Assembly: GCA_043767805.1 (NCBI GenBank)
Contig: JAYUGC010000090.1
Location: forward strand, 1 to 30,766
Source: Pseudomonadota bacterium
Lineage (GTDB): Bacteria > Bdellovibrionota > FAC87 > UBA2466
Direction: 5' to 3'
DNA: 30,766 nucleotides
The position numbers were made by a program, and so were the translations under genes. Under the pieces are notes generated by a model that was not told the DNA's origin, did not search any database, and saw only the letters and a program-made list of their open reading frames with translations. Positions 17,386 to 27,374 of the stretch are shown here, piece by piece (within the stretch, counting starts at the first letter, position 1; every line of letters begins with the position of its first letter).

Positions 17386-17511
17386 ATGACCCCCATTTTC
17401 CCCGAAGCCCTGAAACAACTCTTTACCGAAGCCCATACCCACAACGGCTGGCTGGACGAGCCCGTCCCCGACCCGGGCCTCTTCTTCGACGAAGCCTGCC
17501 AGGTGGTCTAA
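17386..17511 (+). pseudogene. rutE: Internally deleted RutE-like nitroreductase-family gene (41 aa)
   Basis: MTPIFPEALKQLFTEAHTHNGWLDEPVPD (RutE-like N-terminus) fused in frame to PGLFFDEACQVV* (RutE-like C-terminus). Confidence 0.75.
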
Positions 17512-17520
17512 GGTCGAGTC

Positions 17521-18693
17521 ATGTCCCTGAAGGTCCGAAGGCTGAGCTCACTTACTGAAGTCGATCCCGTCCAATGGGACGCCCTTGCCTCGCCGGACTT
17601 TCCGTTTCATCAATACGCTTTTCTAAACACCCTCGAAGAGACGGGAAGTGTCGGCGAAAAAGCCGGGTGGAAACCCGTTCATTTCACGGCCTGGAAAGAC
17701 GGAGAGCTTGTCGGGGCGATCCCCTGCTACGAAAAAACTCACAGCTACGGCGAGTATATTTTCGATTGGGACTGGGCGCGCGCTTACGCGCAAAATGGCA
17801 TTCCTTATTACCCGAAGTGGCTTGCCGCCGTTCCCTTCACTCCCGCGACCGGTCCGAAGATTTTGATCACCGCAGATAGTGAAGCCGAGCCCATTCGCAA
17901 AGCTTTGGTCAAAGCGCTGAAGGAAGGAGCGAAGGCCGAACATTTGAGCTCCGCGCACGCCCTCTTCGTAACCGAAGCGGAATCAAAAGCCTTCGAAGCG
18001 GAAGGCTATCTCATCCGCCACACTTTCCAGTTTCATTGGCGCAATGAAGGGTTCGCGAGCTTCGACGCATTTCTGGGTTCCCTGAAATCACGAAAGCGAA
18101 AACAAATCGTGCGCGAGCGCCGCCAACTATCGGAAGCCGGGCTATCGATTCGGATGTTGACTGGGCCCGAGCTCAAGCCCGAGCACGGCGAGCTGCTACA
18201 CCGCTGTTATTTATCCACCGTCCAAAAGATGGGCGGCATTCCTTATCTCGCCGCCGATTTCTATCCGAAGATCTTGGAGCGAATGCCCGAGCAAGTCGCG
18301 CTAGCCGTAGCGTACCGAGGGGATACGGGAATCGCGGCCGCCATTCACTTTCGCGGGGAAAACTCACTTTACGGCCGTCACTGGGGCTGCCTCGAAGACG
18401 TGCGCAATCTGCACTTTGAGCTCTGCTACTACCAGGCGCTGGAGCTCGCCATCCGCGAAGGCTTTGATCGAGTGGAAGCCGGAGCCCAGGGCGAGCACAA
18501 AGTGCAGCGCGGTTATCTGCCGGCTCTCACTCTCAGCGCGCACTGGATTGACGATCCCCGCTTTCGCAAAGCCATCGATCGCGTGGTCAGCCAGGAGCGG
18601 GAGGCTGTCACCGAAGGGCTCGCCGGCTTTGAGGGAAGCCCTTACGGAGAAGAGGTTCCAGGCGTATCTTTGCCAGAAAAAGGTACCCCTTGA
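17521..18693 (+). CDS. FemAB-like GNAT family protein (DUF482)
   Basis: HSYGEYIFDWDWA, YYPK..AVPFTPATG, QFHWRN, LHFELCYYQ and EAGAQGEHK..RGYLP. Confidence 0.92.
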   Translation: MSLKVRRLSSLTEVDPVQWDALASPDFPFHQYAFLNTLEETGSVGEKAGWKPVHFTAWKDGELVGAIPCYEKTHSYGEYIFDWDWARAYAQNGIPYYPKWLAAVPFTPATGPKILITADSEAEPIRKALVKALKEGAKAEHLSSAHALFVTEAESKAFEAEGYLIRHTFQFHWRNEGFASFDAFLGSLKSRKRKQIVRERRQLSEAGLSIRMLTGPELKPEHGELLHRCYLSTVQKMGGIPYLAADFYPKILERMPEQVALAVAYRGDTGIAAAIHFRGENSLYGRHWGCLEDVRNLHFELCYYQALELAIREGFDRVEAGAQGEHKVQRGYLPALTLSAHWIDDPRFRKAIDRVVSQEREAVTEGLAGFEGSPYGEEVPGVSLPEKGTP

Positions 18694-18751
18694 TCCCGCT
18701 AGGCCCCTTTGTTATCTCTACTCAATCTAACCACCCGTTCGAGGAGAAATC

Positions 18752-19201
18752 ATGTTTGGTAAAGCCCTTTTAGCTACCCTTCTGGCCACCTCTCTCAACG
18801 CCTTCGGCTTGGAGAGCGTGCGTTGCACCTTGAGCCCGAGCAGCGGCAATCCAGTCGATTTCTCGATTTCCCGCACGGGTGTGATCCGGCTTGAAACCAA
18901 CTACGGCATCGCGGTGGTGACGGCCGGCGAAAGACACGTCGATCCCTGCGCGGCGGGCGTACTTTGCTTCGACATTGGAATGGGCCTCGCGAAATCCTTC
19001 AAGGACGCGAAGAAGCTCGAGACCGCTTTCGTCCCCACCACCATCCAAGATCAAATCGATAGCTCCGTGAAATTCGTCTCGAGTTACGCCCACACCACCA
19101 TGTCTTTCGAGACCGTGGGCCAGTCGCGGCTTCTCCATCTCGCGGAAAGCGGAAGCTGGGGCGCCATTCGCGAGCTCTCGCTCAGCTGTCACAAGCCCTA
19201 A
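18752..19201 (+). CDS. Hypothetical secreted protein
   Basis: GAGGAG SD, signal peptide ending AFG and 4 Cys. Confidence 0.75.
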   Translation: MFGKALLATLLATSLNAFGLESVRCTLSPSSGNPVDFSISRTGVIRLETNYGIAVVTAGERHVDPCAAGVLCFDIGMGLAKSFKDAKKLETAFVPTTIQDQIDSSVKFVSSYAHTTMSFETVGQSRLLHLAESGSWGAIRELSLSCHKP

Positions 19202-19394
19202 TTCAAATTGAATTCACCAAGGTTTTTCTTGGTGCCCAAATTCTCGTCAACTTTGCGCTAATCGGCACCGAATACGCATTCCCTTTGAGCGCCTTGTAAT
19301 GAGGCGCGTTTTGCCCTCTCTCGTCCCTCCTCGCTCTGTGGCATCAACTTTGTAATACACCCATTGGTTCGTAATTCTTGCAGGAGTGGAAGTT

Positions 19395-20480
19395 ATGCGT
19401 TTAGCGATGCGCTTTGTAGTTTGTACTTTAGCTTTAGTGGCGGCTCTCAGCAGCCGCTATGGTTTTGCCGAGCCTGCGAACGATCATGCCGTTGCCGACG
19501 CCACCGATACGGCGAAAGGCACGGGTCACGCCGCAACGGAGACCAAAGCCGAGCTCTCAGTCACGCCCGTGACCGAATGGGATCCGGACATGGAATTGAT
19601 TCCGTTTAACGCGAAGGAAGGCCTTCGCCTGATGCTGGCCTACACCCGGACGCAGGTAAACGAGATCAAGAAAGATCCTTCCATCAAGGAAGAAGAAAAA
19701 GAGAAAATCATCGAGCAACTCGAAAAATTCCAACGGAGCTTGATGGTGACCTTCCGCTCGGTGAACGAGTACACCTCCCTCACCGCGGGCATGTTCATCT
19801 GCCCCATGGGCGTTGAAATTCCCCTTCAGTTTCTTTTGCCGAAAAAAGCTCAGGGCGCGAAGCTCAGCATCGCCGGAGCGCCTTGCCTCCTTCTCGCCAT
19901 GACGAAAAATTACGGCGCGGACCGGACCAATGGCTTAGTGTTGGGAATCGGAGGATGGGGCGGCGCTCAGATAGCCAATAACGATAAGAACCCCACCACG
20001 GGTAATCCGGTCGGCGGGCAAGTCGAAATCCAGCACTCGGCTGGTTTCATCTTGCCGCTTAATGGCCGCGCTCCGGTGCTGAAGCTGGGAGACATTCAAG
20101 GTTACTACGCCGGCGGAGGCTTGGAGTTCGCCGTCGATTCGAGCAAGACCACCGAGAACAACGGCGGCAGCGCCAGTGTCGGTGCGTACGCGAAGATTGA
20201 AGGCTTACATAAGCCGGATGTCGCCATCCTCATGGGAGTCGTGGGACGAAACGATCAGCTCGCGCCTTTCCACCTGAAGGGTGAAGCGTTCTACTTCGGC
20301 GTACCTTACGCGAGCGACGGTTCCAGAACGCGCTCGCCCACGTATCCGTTCACGAACATTCCCGTCACGGATGCAGGCAAGTCGAGCTCGCACCGTCCTG
20401 AGGAACGCCTGAAGTCGCTCTCTTCGAAAGAGATCCTTGAGCTCATCAAGGAATCGAAGACCGAGCTCAAGAAGAAATAA
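19395..20480 (+). CDS. Hypothetical secreted protein
   Basis: AGGAG SD, signal peptide and Gly-rich beta region; long ORF with host-like codon usage. Confidence 0.8.
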   Translation: MRLAMRFVVCTLALVAALSSRYGFAEPANDHAVADATDTAKGTGHAATETKAELSVTPVTEWDPDMELIPFNAKEGLRLMLAYTRTQVNEIKKDPSIKEEEKEKIIEQLEKFQRSLMVTFRSVNEYTSLTAGMFICPMGVEIPLQFLLPKKAQGAKLSIAGAPCLLLAMTKNYGADRTNGLVLGIGGWGGAQIANNDKNPTTGNPVGGQVEIQHSAGFILPLNGRAPVLKLGDIQGYYAGGGLEFAVDSSKTTENNGGSASVGAYAKIEGLHKPDVAILMGVVGRNDQLAPFHLKGEAFYFGVPYASDGSRTRSPTYPFTNIPVTDAGKSSSHRPEERLKSLSSKEILELIKESKTELKKK

Positions 20481-20503
20481 TTCAATCCAGTCCTATTTGC
20501 CCG

Positions 20504-21817
20504 TTGTGGGAGTTGCTGTTGCTTTTTGCGGTACGTAAATTGGGAGCGCCGAAGAGGCGGACTATCGTCCGTTCTCTCCTTTTGCTTTTTCTGTGCGCGC
20601 TTCCAGGCCACTCCCAAGGGGCTTGTCCCTGGTACTCCAAGCTCGCCACCTTCATCTTTCCCATCAAGCGTCCGGTAAGCGACGAGTCCTTCGACAAGGC
20701 CAAAACCAAGTGGGACTCGGTCCTCGCCACAGACAAAAACATCGCGCTCGAAACTTTGCTCGCCAAGCTCAACGAGGAAGGCGCTAGCAGCCCCGAGAGC
20801 CTCATGGCGCTCATGGACTCGCTCGGCCCGAAGGGCCACCTCCCTTTCAAAGAGTGGCTCGCGCGGCTCGAGGAGAAGGGAATCCAAGTCAGGTTTCGAA
20901 CCATGGGAAACCAAGAGAAACTAGGCCGGCACGACGAATTGAGATGGAAATGGACTCTGTCCAAGGCCGTGCCCCCGATGCAAAAGAAGGCGAAGGTTCT
21001 AGACATTTGGCTTCCCGATACGCCTCCGAAAAACGCCAAAGAGCTTCTCGCGAGGCTCTACACGCTTTCCGCCGCGTTCTCCGGGGCCGAGCTCGAAATG
21101 ACGGCGCGCAAAGCTCCCTTATTCTCTATTCCGGTGGGGAGCTGGGAAAACTCGTACCCCAAGCAGTTGAGAGACGCGGTTAGAAGAGCCGAAGAGAGAG
21201 TCTACGGCACAATCCACGAATGGGAGTCGCGCTGGGGCAAAGCGCCGCTCGATCTTCCCGCCAAAGGCACGGGAAATTGGCACGGCAGTTACGCCACCCT
21301 GCCCCTAATGCTTTCCTGGCGCTCCATTTTCCCTTTCTATAATCCCGTCGCCAAATATCGGGCGAATCAAAAAGGGTACGAGAAATACAAAGAAGGGCTC
21401 CAGGGAACTCAGCATGGCGGCCTAACGCCCCTTGAGCGAGACATTAAAAATAGGTTTCAGATTCGGGGCACCGAAAAATACATCGTCGATACCTACCTGC
21501 GCTTTCTTCAAACTTGGGGAGCGGTAGCCCTGATCAAGGGCACCTATAAGTTAGGCGTCGCCCTTAAGGATGGAACCCTACGAGCCGCGTTGGCGACCAG
21601 CGCACGGTTCGTAAATGGGCTGCGTGATCCGGATAAGCTGAACGAGGATTTGAAAGAGTACACGGAGGACGAGGTCGGCGATCCCGTGGTGAACGCCTTC
21701 TATGACGAGCAGATTGAGGTGATAAAAAAGGAAATCGCCACCAAGGGAGACCCTCACGGAGAGCTGGCCAAGAAGATTCGCGTTCTCATCAGCGAGCGGG
21801 ACTTCTTGAAGAACTGA
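20504..21817 (+). CDS. Hypothetical exported protein (start uncertain)
   Basis: 437-aa ORF with a hydrophobic leader followed by ACPWYSKL. Confidence 0.7.
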   Translation: MWELLLLFAVRKLGAPKRRTIVRSLLLLFLCALPGHSQGACPWYSKLATFIFPIKRPVSDESFDKAKTKWDSVLATDKNIALETLLAKLNEEGASSPESLMALMDSLGPKGHLPFKEWLARLEEKGIQVRFRTMGNQEKLGRHDELRWKWTLSKAVPPMQKKAKVLDIWLPDTPPKNAKELLARLYTLSAAFSGAELEMTARKAPLFSIPVGSWENSYPKQLRDAVRRAEERVYGTIHEWESRWGKAPLDLPAKGTGNWHGSYATLPLMLSWRSIFPFYNPVAKYRANQKGYEKYKEGLQGTQHGGLTPLERDIKNRFQIRGTEKYIVDTYLRFLQTWGAVALIKGTYKLGVALKDGTLRAALATSARFVNGLRDPDKLNEDLKEYTEDEVGDPVVNAFYDEQIEVIKKEIATKGDPHGELAKKIRVLISERDFLKN

Positions 21818-22703
21818 TCTTCACGCCCTCAGCCTTCCACATCCCGTTGAAGACTTTCTTGAACTGGTAGGGATCGACGGCAAGCCCGTTCACCCGAATG
21901 CCCCAGTGCAGATGCGGCCCAGTGACCCGGCCCGTGGCTCCCGCCATTCCAATCTTCTCTCCTCGCTTCAAGCTTTGGCCGAGAGTGACCCCGATGACGC
22001 TCAAGTGGTTGTAACTCGAGTAGAGGCCCATGCCGTGATCGATGACGACCATATTTCCCCCGAAGAAGGCTTCTCTCGCGAAAATGACCTTGCCAGCGTT
22101 CGCGCAGAGAATCGGCGTCTTCAAGCCCGCGCGGATGTCGACGCCGTAGTGCACCGTTTTTACTTCGCCGTTGAAAACGCGCTGGCTGCCAAACGCACTC
22201 GTCACGGTACCTTTCACGGGCATCAGAAAATCCGCGTCCCAAAACGGCGTGGGATTGGGAGTGCTATACATCGCTTTGAAATCTTCCCGGTCCTTGTCGA
22301 TTTTCTTTTGGTCCTCGGGACTCGGGCTCGTTTGGCTGGGCGCCACTTTCAACTTCGTCTTGGGATATTTCTTTTCCGTAATAGCGAGGGCCAGCGACTC
22401 GGTTTTCGCGGCTTCGCCCTCGGTCCACTTGAGGGCGACTGGAAAGGTCGTCTTTGCTTCCAGTGGCGTCGACACCAAGCCGCAGCGGGCTTCTTTTTGT
22501 TTGGGGCACTCAAAAAGCGGAATCGGAATCTCACCGCCCATCACCGCCAGATCGGCGGGCAAAGCCGCGCCCTTCGGCGCCGACAGACGAATCAGGGCCA
22601 CTTCGCCCCCGGAAATTTTCCTGGGAGTGAGCTCGGCCTTCACGGCCACCGCCGCCTGGGACGAAATACCGACGAGAGTTAAGAAAAACAAGATGCCGTT
22701 CAT
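21789..22703 (-). CDS. M23-family peptidoglycan metallopeptidase
   Basis: HYGVD (HxxxD), GNMVVIDHG, YNHLS and GATGRVTGPHLHW. Start reassigned to ATG 22703, which gives a signal peptide. Confidence 0.92.
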   Translation of the reverse strand: MNGILFFLTLVGISSQAAVAVKAELTPRKISGGEVALIRLSAPKGAALPADLAVMGGEIPIPLFECPKQKEARCGLVSTPLEAKTTFPVALKWTEGEAAKTESLALAITEKKYPKTKLKVAPSQTSPSPEDQKKIDKDREDFKAMYSTPNPTPFWDADFLMPVKGTVTSAFGSQRVFNGEVKTVHYGVDIRAGLKTPILCANAGKVIFAREAFFGGNMVVIDHGMGLYSSYNHLSVIGVTLGQSLKRGEKIGMAGATGRVTGPHLHWGIRVNGLAVDPYQFKKVFNGMWKAEGVKISSSRSPAR

Positions 22704-22830
22704 AGAACGTAAGCTTGCCGCTTGATTAAGCCCGCGGCAACCACCGCGCGCGCCTTGCCCCGCGTCGGAAAGCCCCCTTGCAGAGCTGGGGAGAGAGGAC
22801 GTATACCCAAGATTACCTTTGGGAGGGTTC

Positions 22831-23217
22831 ATGCATAAATTGGGTTGGATTTTGGGGATGTTACTTCTCGCCTCGGCGAGCTTCGGCGCCACTTTGAAAT
22901 GCGGCATCGGCAGCGACGCCGACAAGCTCGACCACGTTCGTACCGCGCGATTTAATCGCGGCGACAAGGAAGTCACTCTTCTTTTTAAAGACGCGAATAA
23001 GTACGGTCTCGGCTATTACCAGGCGAAAGTGTACTTGGATTTCAAAGCCGAAGGCGACACGGACAAGGACGTCGTCGAGCTCATCCTGGCGCCCATCACG
23101 GGCTACACGGCCATCAGCTCCCAAAAGGTAACCACTTTGGATGGCGGCGAAGCTTTCACGCTCTATCTGGTGAAATCAAAGACCAACTTCGTTCAGCTTC
23201 TCTGCGTAGTGCATTAG
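22831..23217 (+). CDS. Hypothetical secreted protein
   Basis: GGAGG SD, signal peptide and a terminal Cys pair (LKC...LLC). Confidence 0.75.
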   Translation: MHKLGWILGMLLLASASFGATLKCGIGSDADKLDHVRTARFNRGDKEVTLLFKDANKYGLGYYQAKVYLDFKAEGDTDKDVVELILAPITGYTAISSQKVTTLDGGEAFTLYLVKSKTNFVQLLCVVH

Positions 23218-23354
23218 TCATTGGGGCCGGTGGAGAGCTTTCTCTTCACCGGCCGCCCAGCTCCCCCCTTTTGTTTACGAATTCGTTCCAAAATCATTTT
23301 ACTTTCCTCGACCCCACGCGGCGCTTGCGTTAGAGATGGGGCAAAGGAGCTCTT

Positions 23355-23810
23355 ATGAAAAATACTTTCTTCGTTCTCTCGGCCCTGATGTTGTCTCACC
23401 TAGCGCTCGGTCTCGAGCCGCCTCAGCCGCTCTTAAAGTACGAGTCGCACTCCGGCTTCGTTCTCCCGGCCATGCGGTACTCGCACCAGTGCTTCGTTTT
23501 CAAGGATTCGGTCAATACGATCTACAAGAAGGCGGAAGCCGCGCCGGTCAACAAGACGAAGCGGATTAAGTTCAACGGCGACGTCCGTTCGGTTAGAGAC
23601 ATCACGGTTCTCGTCGAGACCGCTCGTCGGGGCAGACTCGTGAAGACCACGGCGCCGACCGACGGCAACAGCATTCACTATCAAGGGTTTCAAGTGGGCG
23701 GTACGGCCCCGGTGGAGTTGAAGCAGTATTATTCCGGTTTCCGGCAGGAGAACTCGTCTCCCGCGGCGGCGAAGCTCGTGAAGTTTCTCGACCTGAATTG
23801 CACTAAGTAA
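23355..23810 (+). CDS. Hypothetical secreted protein
   Basis: AAGGAG SD, signal peptide, 2 Cys and a downstream hairpin. Confidence 0.75.
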   Translation: MKNTFFVLSALMLSHLALGLEPPQPLLKYESHSGFVLPAMRYSHQCFVFKDSVNTIYKKAEAAPVNKTKRIKFNGDVRSVRDITVLVETARRGRLVKTTAPTDGNSIHYQGFQVGGTAPVELKQYYSGFRQENSSPAAAKLVKFLDLNCTK

Positions 23811-23819
23811 GCTTGGATC

Positions 23820-23859
23820 GAAGGGGTGGGGGAGGCGCGACTCTGGCCCCCACCCCTTC
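23820..23859 (+). terminator. 13-bp stem hairpin, probable terminator
   Basis: GAAGGGGTGGGGG / CCCCCACCCCTTC just after the stop at 23810; no strong U-tract. Confidence 0.55.
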
Positions 23860-24029
23860 AGTCCTTGATGCACGGGACAAGACGCTTAAATTGGTTTTTT
23901 CCCTACCTTGCTCCTAGTAGCGACTTTTCTCCCCGTCTCGGCTCGCCCTAATTTATCCTAGTAATTCAAATGTGTTACCTTATGTCCGGACCCGCCAATC
24001 CCGTAATCTGATACCCTGTAAGGCTAGCC

Positions 24030-24785
24030 GTGAAGCCTCCTTTGCCCGCAATTTGGATAGTTCTGTTACTCCTTTTAGGATGCGTTCCTCTCGCGGCGGA
24101 CCCGACTTGTCCCTGGGCCGGCCTGAAAGCCCGTACGACCGAACCGCGCTCTTCCAACCAGCCTACCCCCAACTTCGAGATGGGCCGGGATGCCTCCATG
24201 CTCGCCGCCGATCCGCTCAGGCCCACGGAAGCAAAGCTTCTGGAAAAAGCGAGACTCGCGCTTTACCCCGACCGAGAGGCTCACGATCCCCGGAAGCCGG
24301 CCGCCCAGTTCGAGGACTGGGCAAGGGACCTAGACGACTATCTTCAGGAGAACCGCAATAACCCGATGCTGAAAGACCTCGTTCAGAAATTTGTCGTCGA
24401 TTATGTAAATAATCCGAGGGACGAGCATCTTCCCGGCGATACGGTTTGGACCAAGCCTCGGCACGTGGACGACTATCGCGACGCCTACCGCCTTCCGCTC
24501 AATTACGACATGGAGGGGAACGTCTTACTGATGAAAGACTCGAATCAGCCTTCTCATGGCATACCCGCGAAAATCTCCGGCGAAGCACTGGCCAAGGAAA
24601 CCACCATGATGAGCCAGGTTACCGGAAATTTGAGAAACGGCATGGGCTTCGTGGAAGTCATCCGGGACCGGACGTATGAAGGAGATCGCGCGCTGGCGAA
24701 GACGGTCGGGTTGCGACGTCAGTACCTCACCTTACGCTTGCTCGAGCAAGGCCAGATCTACGCCAAAGAATCACAGAAGCCCTAA
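24030..24785 (+). CDS. Hypothetical exported protein
   Basis: Signal peptide followed by ADPTCPWAGL; 251 aa. Confidence 0.7.
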   Translation: MKPPLPAIWIVLLLLLGCVPLAADPTCPWAGLKARTTEPRSSNQPTPNFEMGRDASMLAADPLRPTEAKLLEKARLALYPDREAHDPRKPAAQFEDWARDLDDYLQENRNNPMLKDLVQKFVVDYVNNPRDEHLPGDTVWTKPRHVDDYRDAYRLPLNYDMEGNVLLMKDSNQPSHGIPAKISGEALAKETTMMSQVTGNLRNGMGFVEVIRDRTYEGDRALAKTVGLRRQYLTLRLLEQGQIYAKESQKP

Positions 24786-25124
24786 GACGTTTTCGGGCGG
24801 CCGGCCCAGCACCGCTTTGTCTCCGTGAACCACGATGGGTCTCTCGAGGAGCTCCGGATGACGAGCGATCGCCTTTAGCAACGCCGCCTCATCTTCCAAA
24901 TCGAGCTTGAGCTCGGCGAACTTGGGCTCCTTCGCGCGGACGATGTCGCGCGCTTTGAGCCCTAGCTTACGAAGCAGAGCTTTCAACTCCGCTTCGGTGG
25001 GCGGAGCTTTCAGGTAATCGACGATTCTCGGCGTGATTCCCTTTTCCTCGAGAATCTCCAAAGCGCCCCGGCACTTACTGCAGCGAGAGTTATGGTAGAT
25101 GATCCAGTCGTTGGTAGAGGGCAT
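24771..25124 (-). CDS. arsC: ArsC-family arsenate reductase (glutaredoxin-dependent type)
   Basis: IYHNSRCSKCR, DYLKAPP, LLERPIV and LGRPPE. Confidence 0.88.
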   Translation of the reverse strand: MPSTNDWIIYHNSRCSKCRGALEILEEKGITPRIVDYLKAPPTEAELKALLRKLGLKARDIVRAKEPKFAELKLDLEDEAALLKAIARHPELLERPIVVHGDKAVLGRPPENVLGLL

Positions 25125-25142
25125 GAACGAAATCTAACCAAC

Positions 25143-26450
25143 TTACTTGTTTTCGGAAAGCGCCTTGATGCAGAAGTTCGCAGTGGCGTCGTCTTTGGTG
25201 AGATCGACCCAGCCCGTGGACGCGCGATAAAAACTTTGGCCGGGCTTGGCTCGCGACTCCACCATGGGACGGCCGCCGCCACCCAAGAGAAGCGGAACGT
25301 TCGACGTCTTGTCGAAAGGGTGACCGCCCTTCGCGTAACGAATGGCGACGTAAAACTTATCTCCCGCCTGCACGCGCACGGGCCAGTTCAAGTCGACGGT
25401 GTGAAAGCCGCTAGTGTCCGCCACGCCTTCTTTTAACGACAGCAGATCGGAAAGCTCTCCGTTCTCGAACTTGCCGTACACTTCGGCCGCATACTCGACG
25501 TCATCTTCCGTCGTATAGAAGCTCACCGCGGTGATGGTTTCTTTTCCGGAGGCAGCGCCTTTAGCCTCGAACGCGTTGAAGGCTTCCTTCACGTTCTTCG
25601 TATCGCGCCAGCCGTGGTAATCGTGAAAGTATACGTTCATGTACTTGTTGGGCTCGACGTTTTGAAAGCTGACCGCGCCCATCTCTTTGTGCTGGCCCGC
25701 GATTTTGTCGTAGTACGAAATCCAGAAGTAACCGCCCTCGCCCCAGCTGGAGCCCCAGCTGTTCTTGATGAGCCAGGCGCCCGGTTTCGCGGCTTTAGTT
25801 TGCTTCGCGTCGTCCCAGCCGACGATGGCGACCGCATGGTTGGGGTCCGACGTATCGCTCGCGGGCTGATAGAAGGTGTGCGTCGTCGTGTTGTAGTAAG
25901 CATTGTCCCAGGTGAGCGCCGTACCGACGACACCGTGATCGTAGAGCGCTTGCTTGATTTTATCGATGTTCTCCAGATTCGGGCCCGCCGCCATCCAAGT
26001 GATGTCTCGCACGTAAAACCGATGATAAGTCGAAGCGTCTTCCTTCGGCGCCGTCGTGTAACTTTGCCCGTCCGCTTCGCGCACCGGACCGCCGCGCGTG
26101 AGAAAGGCCGCGGCCACCCGGTAGTCGCCCCCTTGATGCACGGTCAAGCCGCCGGTGGTGGGCGCTATGTCGGCGTTGTAATGCTGATTGAAACCATTCC
26201 ACCAATCCAGATGATATTCGGCGAGATTCGCTTCTCCCGTTTCCCCGCTCGATTTCCAGACGCCGGTCTTTAAAAGATTGCCCTCGATCCCGGCCATGGT
26301 GCCGTGGGTCCAGCAGGTGCCGCCGCTTTGGCTTTTTACAGCGGACACGAAGCTCTTACCGCCGACGCTTCGCAGGTCGTAAGAAGACGGTAAGGCGGAG
26401 CCAAAAGCGGAAAACGCCCAAGCCAAAGCAAGCCACGGCTTCCAACTCAT
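25143..26450 (-). CDS. Secreted papain-like (C1) cysteine protease with C-terminal lectin-like domain
   Basis: Signal peptide, LPSSYDLR, Q..GTCW, NHAVAIVGWDD, WLIKNSWG and a C-terminal CIKA motif. Confidence 0.9.
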   Translation of the reverse strand: MSWKPWLALAWAFSAFGSALPSSYDLRSVGGKSFVSAVKSQSGGTCWTHGTMAGIEGNLLKTGVWKSSGETGEANLAEYHLDWWNGFNQHYNADIAPTTGGLTVHQGGDYRVAAAFLTRGGPVREADGQSYTTAPKEDASTYHRFYVRDITWMAAGPNLENIDKIKQALYDHGVVGTALTWDNAYYNTTTHTFYQPASDTSDPNHAVAIVGWDDAKQTKAAKPGAWLIKNSWGSSWGEGGYFWISYYDKIAGQHKEMGAVSFQNVEPNKYMNVYFHDYHGWRDTKNVKEAFNAFEAKGAASGKETITAVSFYTTEDDVEYAAEVYGKFENGELSDLLSLKEGVADTSGFHTVDLNWPVRVQAGDKFYVAIRYAKGGHPFDKTSNVPLLLGGGGRPMVESRAKPGQSFYRASTGWVDLTKDDATANFCIKALSENK

Positions 26451-26663
26451 GAGGGACCTCCAAATTTTTGGGGGATGGGGAAAGAAAAAGCTCTCTCTTA
26501 ATGTTAGGGCATGTCGTCGGTAAACCCTTACCCGATGCGTCTTTTGCGTTAACCCTTGCTAAAAGGCCGCGTCATGAAATTCCCCCGCACGATGCGACGT
26601 ATAAAAAGCGGAATCACAAAGCCGCAACTTGCGAGGCGGCAGCCCTTCGGGCACGGTTTCCTG

Positions 26664-27374
26664 ATGAAAATCGCTTTGGCTTTTGGGTTGGTCCTCGCGC
26701 TCGCGAGTTGTGGAAAAAATGAGACGGCGGCGCTCTCGGGAACTTCCGGAGCGCTGCTCACCTCTCTCTCGGTGAAGTTCGAGCCCGTAACCCGCGAGTT
26801 AGTCGTGACCGGTCTCTTGAACGATTCCAAAGGCACCGGCGAGACCGAATTTTTCTACTACACCGGAAAGCGCGAGTCCGGAGCCGTATTGAAAGACCCG
26901 ATCGAAAAGACGACGCTGACTCTGCTCTGCGATTTTTCGGATTGCTCGAGTCTTTCCTTCTTCATCAAAGGCAAACGGCTTGCTTTGAATGAAAGCGTGA
27001 AAGTGAAAATTCTCAGCGTGAGCTCGGCCCGCTCCGAAATCGACGCCAGGGATTTCACAGGCGACACCTTCGCCACCTCCTGGAAAGAGCTTTTACGCCA
27101 CGGCATCGATCCCGCTCAGTCTTCGATATGCGTATCACGCTGGGCGAACAAAACGTTCCACGGCATTTTGCTGACGGGCGCTTCCAGGTCCCTCACCCAT
27201 TGGGTGCACGTTTCCGGAGAAAGCGCGGCCCAGATGCTTTCTGTCGATTATTCCTATGAAGGGAAGTCAGGCCCCATCTACACTTTGGGAACCGAGCCCG
27301 GCACCGTCGGTAGCGACGGCCCCACCCCTTGGGTCATCGGGCTTCCGGGCGGAAGGTACTTTCTTTTCCACTAA
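26664..27374 (+). CDS. Hypothetical lipoprotein
   Basis: MKIALAFGLVLALASC lipobox from ATG 26664. Confidence 0.75.
   Translation: MKIALAFGLVLALASCGKNETAALSGTSGALLTSLSVKFEPVTRELVVTGLLNDSKGTGETEFFYYTGKRESGAVLKDPIEKTTLTLLCDFSDCSSLSFFIKGKRLALNESVKVKILSVSSARSEIDARDFTGDTFATSWKELLRHGIDPAQSSICVSRWANKTFHGILLTGASRSLTHWVHVSGESAAQMLSVDYSYEGKSGPIYTLGTEPGTVGSDGPTPWVIGLPGGRYFLFH

Noticed and set aside
22704..22976. N-terminal extension of the M23 ORF in the track
   Set aside because: It overlaps the divergent gene at 22831; the signal peptide starts at ATG 22703.
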